Positions 62,023-64,000 of a DNA stretch of 64,000 bases are shown here, piece after piece. Within the stretch, counting starts at the first letter, position 1; the number at the start of each line of letters is the position of its first letter. Origin of the DNA: Camelus ferus. Its lineage: Eukaryota. Location of the stretch: positions 6,078,001 through 6,142,000 of the forward strand of contig NC_045696.1 of NCBI RefSeq assembly GCF_009834535.1, given 5' to 3'. The notes under the pieces were generated by a model that saw nothing but the letters and a program-made list of their open reading frames with translations, was not told the DNA's origin and did no database searches. The position numbers and the translations under genes are program-made.

Positions 62023-64000
62023 GAAACCTACTTAATTTCCCTTAATTCCATCTTGCCGAATCTTTCCATACAACATATTTTTGACATCTCTCAAAACATC
62101 CACAGTCCACACTTGGGGAAATATTGACCTTCCATTAACCCAACAGTTCAGTCAAAGTTGACCACCAGCTTCTCTGTGAACGATTGCGGAAGCTCTTGTA
62201 GTCGGACAGTCTGTCTCCACAATGGTTTTTTTGCATCAGTGAGGTAGGGAGGCTGGGGGAGCTACTCTGTTTCTCCTTCCTTCTCCTTTCTTCCTCAAAT
62301 GACTGCTATCTTGAACTTTCAATGCAGAGGCCAAACCCTTCTGTGCTACGATGAAAGATAAGACAAAGAACAAGTGCAGATGGACTGAGATACACACAAC
62401 GTGCCGTGGAAGATACCAGAGGTGGCGCAGACAGTGCATCTTTGTCCAGGGGAAGGAGAGGGGCGTGGGGGCCCTGGGCGCCTGGTATTTGCAGATGGAA
62501 GCTGCACTAGACTTGCCTGCTGTGGCTGATCTTTGCGCTCAGGATAAAACCCGCACTTGCTGCCCATCGTCCGAGGACCTGCAGGAACTTCCTCTCTAAG
62601 GGTTTCATCTTGCGTTCCGTCCCAGGAAGCCCAGCAGCACTCACCTCTCCAGTCTGGGACTCACCAGCCAAGCTCCCCAGGGCTTTGGCTCTGAACTCTT
62701 ACCCCTTTGGTGGCTCCTTCACTCCCTCAGGCTTCCTCTTTAAGGTCCATCCCCCTTCACGTCCTCTCAGAGCTCTCCCCTTTCTTCCCTGGGGCCATGA
62801 GAATGAGGGAGCAATCTATGAATCTGCACGCACCCTTGTTTCCTATCAGTTTCCTGCCTCCTTGGGGTCAGGGCAAGGTTCTGTTCTGTCCCCACTGGAG
62901 AATCAGGCTGCCCAGTGTCAGTCACATAAGAGTCATCTCTGAAGTGTTTGTTGGGTGAATGAATGCTTGACTGGCTCCCATCGGGCTGCTGGAAGGATGA
63001 AAGGATTGGAATAGAGTCGGTGATTATGATTATGAACTGTTTGTTCATTCACTCCCAGCACTCGTTACATTTATGGATTAATGTTAGGTTCTTTCTCCTG
63101 TTGCCTGGGGCTTTAAGGGGGTGCTGAAAGACCCCAAGAGGAGGGTCAGAGCTGTTGATGGCTGGTGGCTTGGAACCCATCCCTTAGGGAGGGTGAGGTT
63201 GACCCAAGGGTAATCAAGAAATACCCTGAGTTGAGGCACCCAGAGTGTTTGATACAGTCCAGCAGGGTGGGAAAAAGGAAGCTCTTCCTCAGTGCCCGGC
63301 AAGCTCGGTGGAGAAAGGCACCGTCCCTGGGTCCTGCCATGTCATTGTTCTAGAACCACAGTGTGAGAACAAGGAGGAGCCTTGGGGAGACTGGTTCAAG
63401 CTCTCTGTATTTCAGGTGTGGACTTAGAGGCTTGATCCCTTCCTCACTCAGGGTCAAGCCCATGAACCTCCTTGAGCCCTGAGAGTCCCGGTCCCAGGAG
63501 CATGTCAGTCACTCTGTGTTTCCTGGGGTCTGGGCGCATCTCCTAAAAACTGTAGAACAGGAATATTTTATAATATATCTGCAGTTTCCTGGGCAGCTCC
63601 TTACACGCACTTCTTACAGAGAGATCAAATTGTTCTGCTCTCATACTTTCTGGTAAGAGTGTGAGACAAAAGCCACCCTTTGGTTTAATTTTAAAGGCTA
63701 GAAGGAAGTCAGTTTTAAGGGAAAGAAAGCTTCTTTGATTGATGCACATGGAATGAACTCCAGTGGTTTCCTTTTAGAAATCACTATATTATGCAATTGT
63801 AGGAATGGCCAGTGTAATTTGATTAAACAAACAGGCAAACAAAAAGGGGAAAGCCAGGAGGATTTATGCCAGCTGGAGTCAACGAGGGTGTGTCCTGCTT
63901 TCAAGGTCTTAGGCATGTTTTAATTCTCCAAAGTTCACTGCCTATTTTAGGTCTGCTGCTGGCACGTGGATTGATAAAGCTCTCCCAGAACGCTTCACAA

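Noticed and set aside
11000..64000. Many 60-190 aa ORFs upstream of ETS2
   Set aside because: No recognisable domains apart from L1 ORF2 fragments. Many begin at TTG or GTG or run through repeats and microsatellites, and there is no coherent exon chain.
11000..64000. Ortholog of the human chr21q22 inflammatory-disease macrophage enhancer of ETS2
   Set aside because: From recall that enhancer lies on the 3' side of ETS2, towards PSMG1. This window extends 5' of the gene.

Overview
Mammalian genomic DNA, most likely a camelid (inferred from tRNA-derived Vic-1-like SINEs and the style of the young L1 3' ends). Positions 1-10.7 kb hold the 5' half of ETS2 on the minus strand. There is a non-coding, GC-rich exon 1 in a CpG island with a purine/pyrimidine promoter tract. 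Four coding exons (6189-6260, 3278-3389, 2043-2162, 1529-1729) encode residues 1-168, including the T72 ERK site and the Pointed (PNT/SAM) domain. The gene continues past position 1. The remaining ~53 kb is upstream intergenic DNA with no supportable protein-coding gene. It consists of L1, L2, MIR, MaLR, ERV LTR and DNA-transposon relics, microsatellites, and several repeat-poor, motif-rich candidate regulatory elements. I see no evidence for a new protein-coding system. The most notable unexplained signals are: five in-register heat-shock-element (nGAAn) arrays upstream of ETS2; a candidate divergent promoter and first exon at ~40.9-41.05 kb; a chimeric, TSD-bounded L1 insertion at 61.1-62.0 kb; a CArG/Ets/AP-1 module at 14.7-14.9 kb; and a tight cluster of three LTRs at 27.4-29.2 kb. 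Repeat family names and boundaries come from my recollection of consensus sequences and are approximate. All regulatory calls are motif-based inference.
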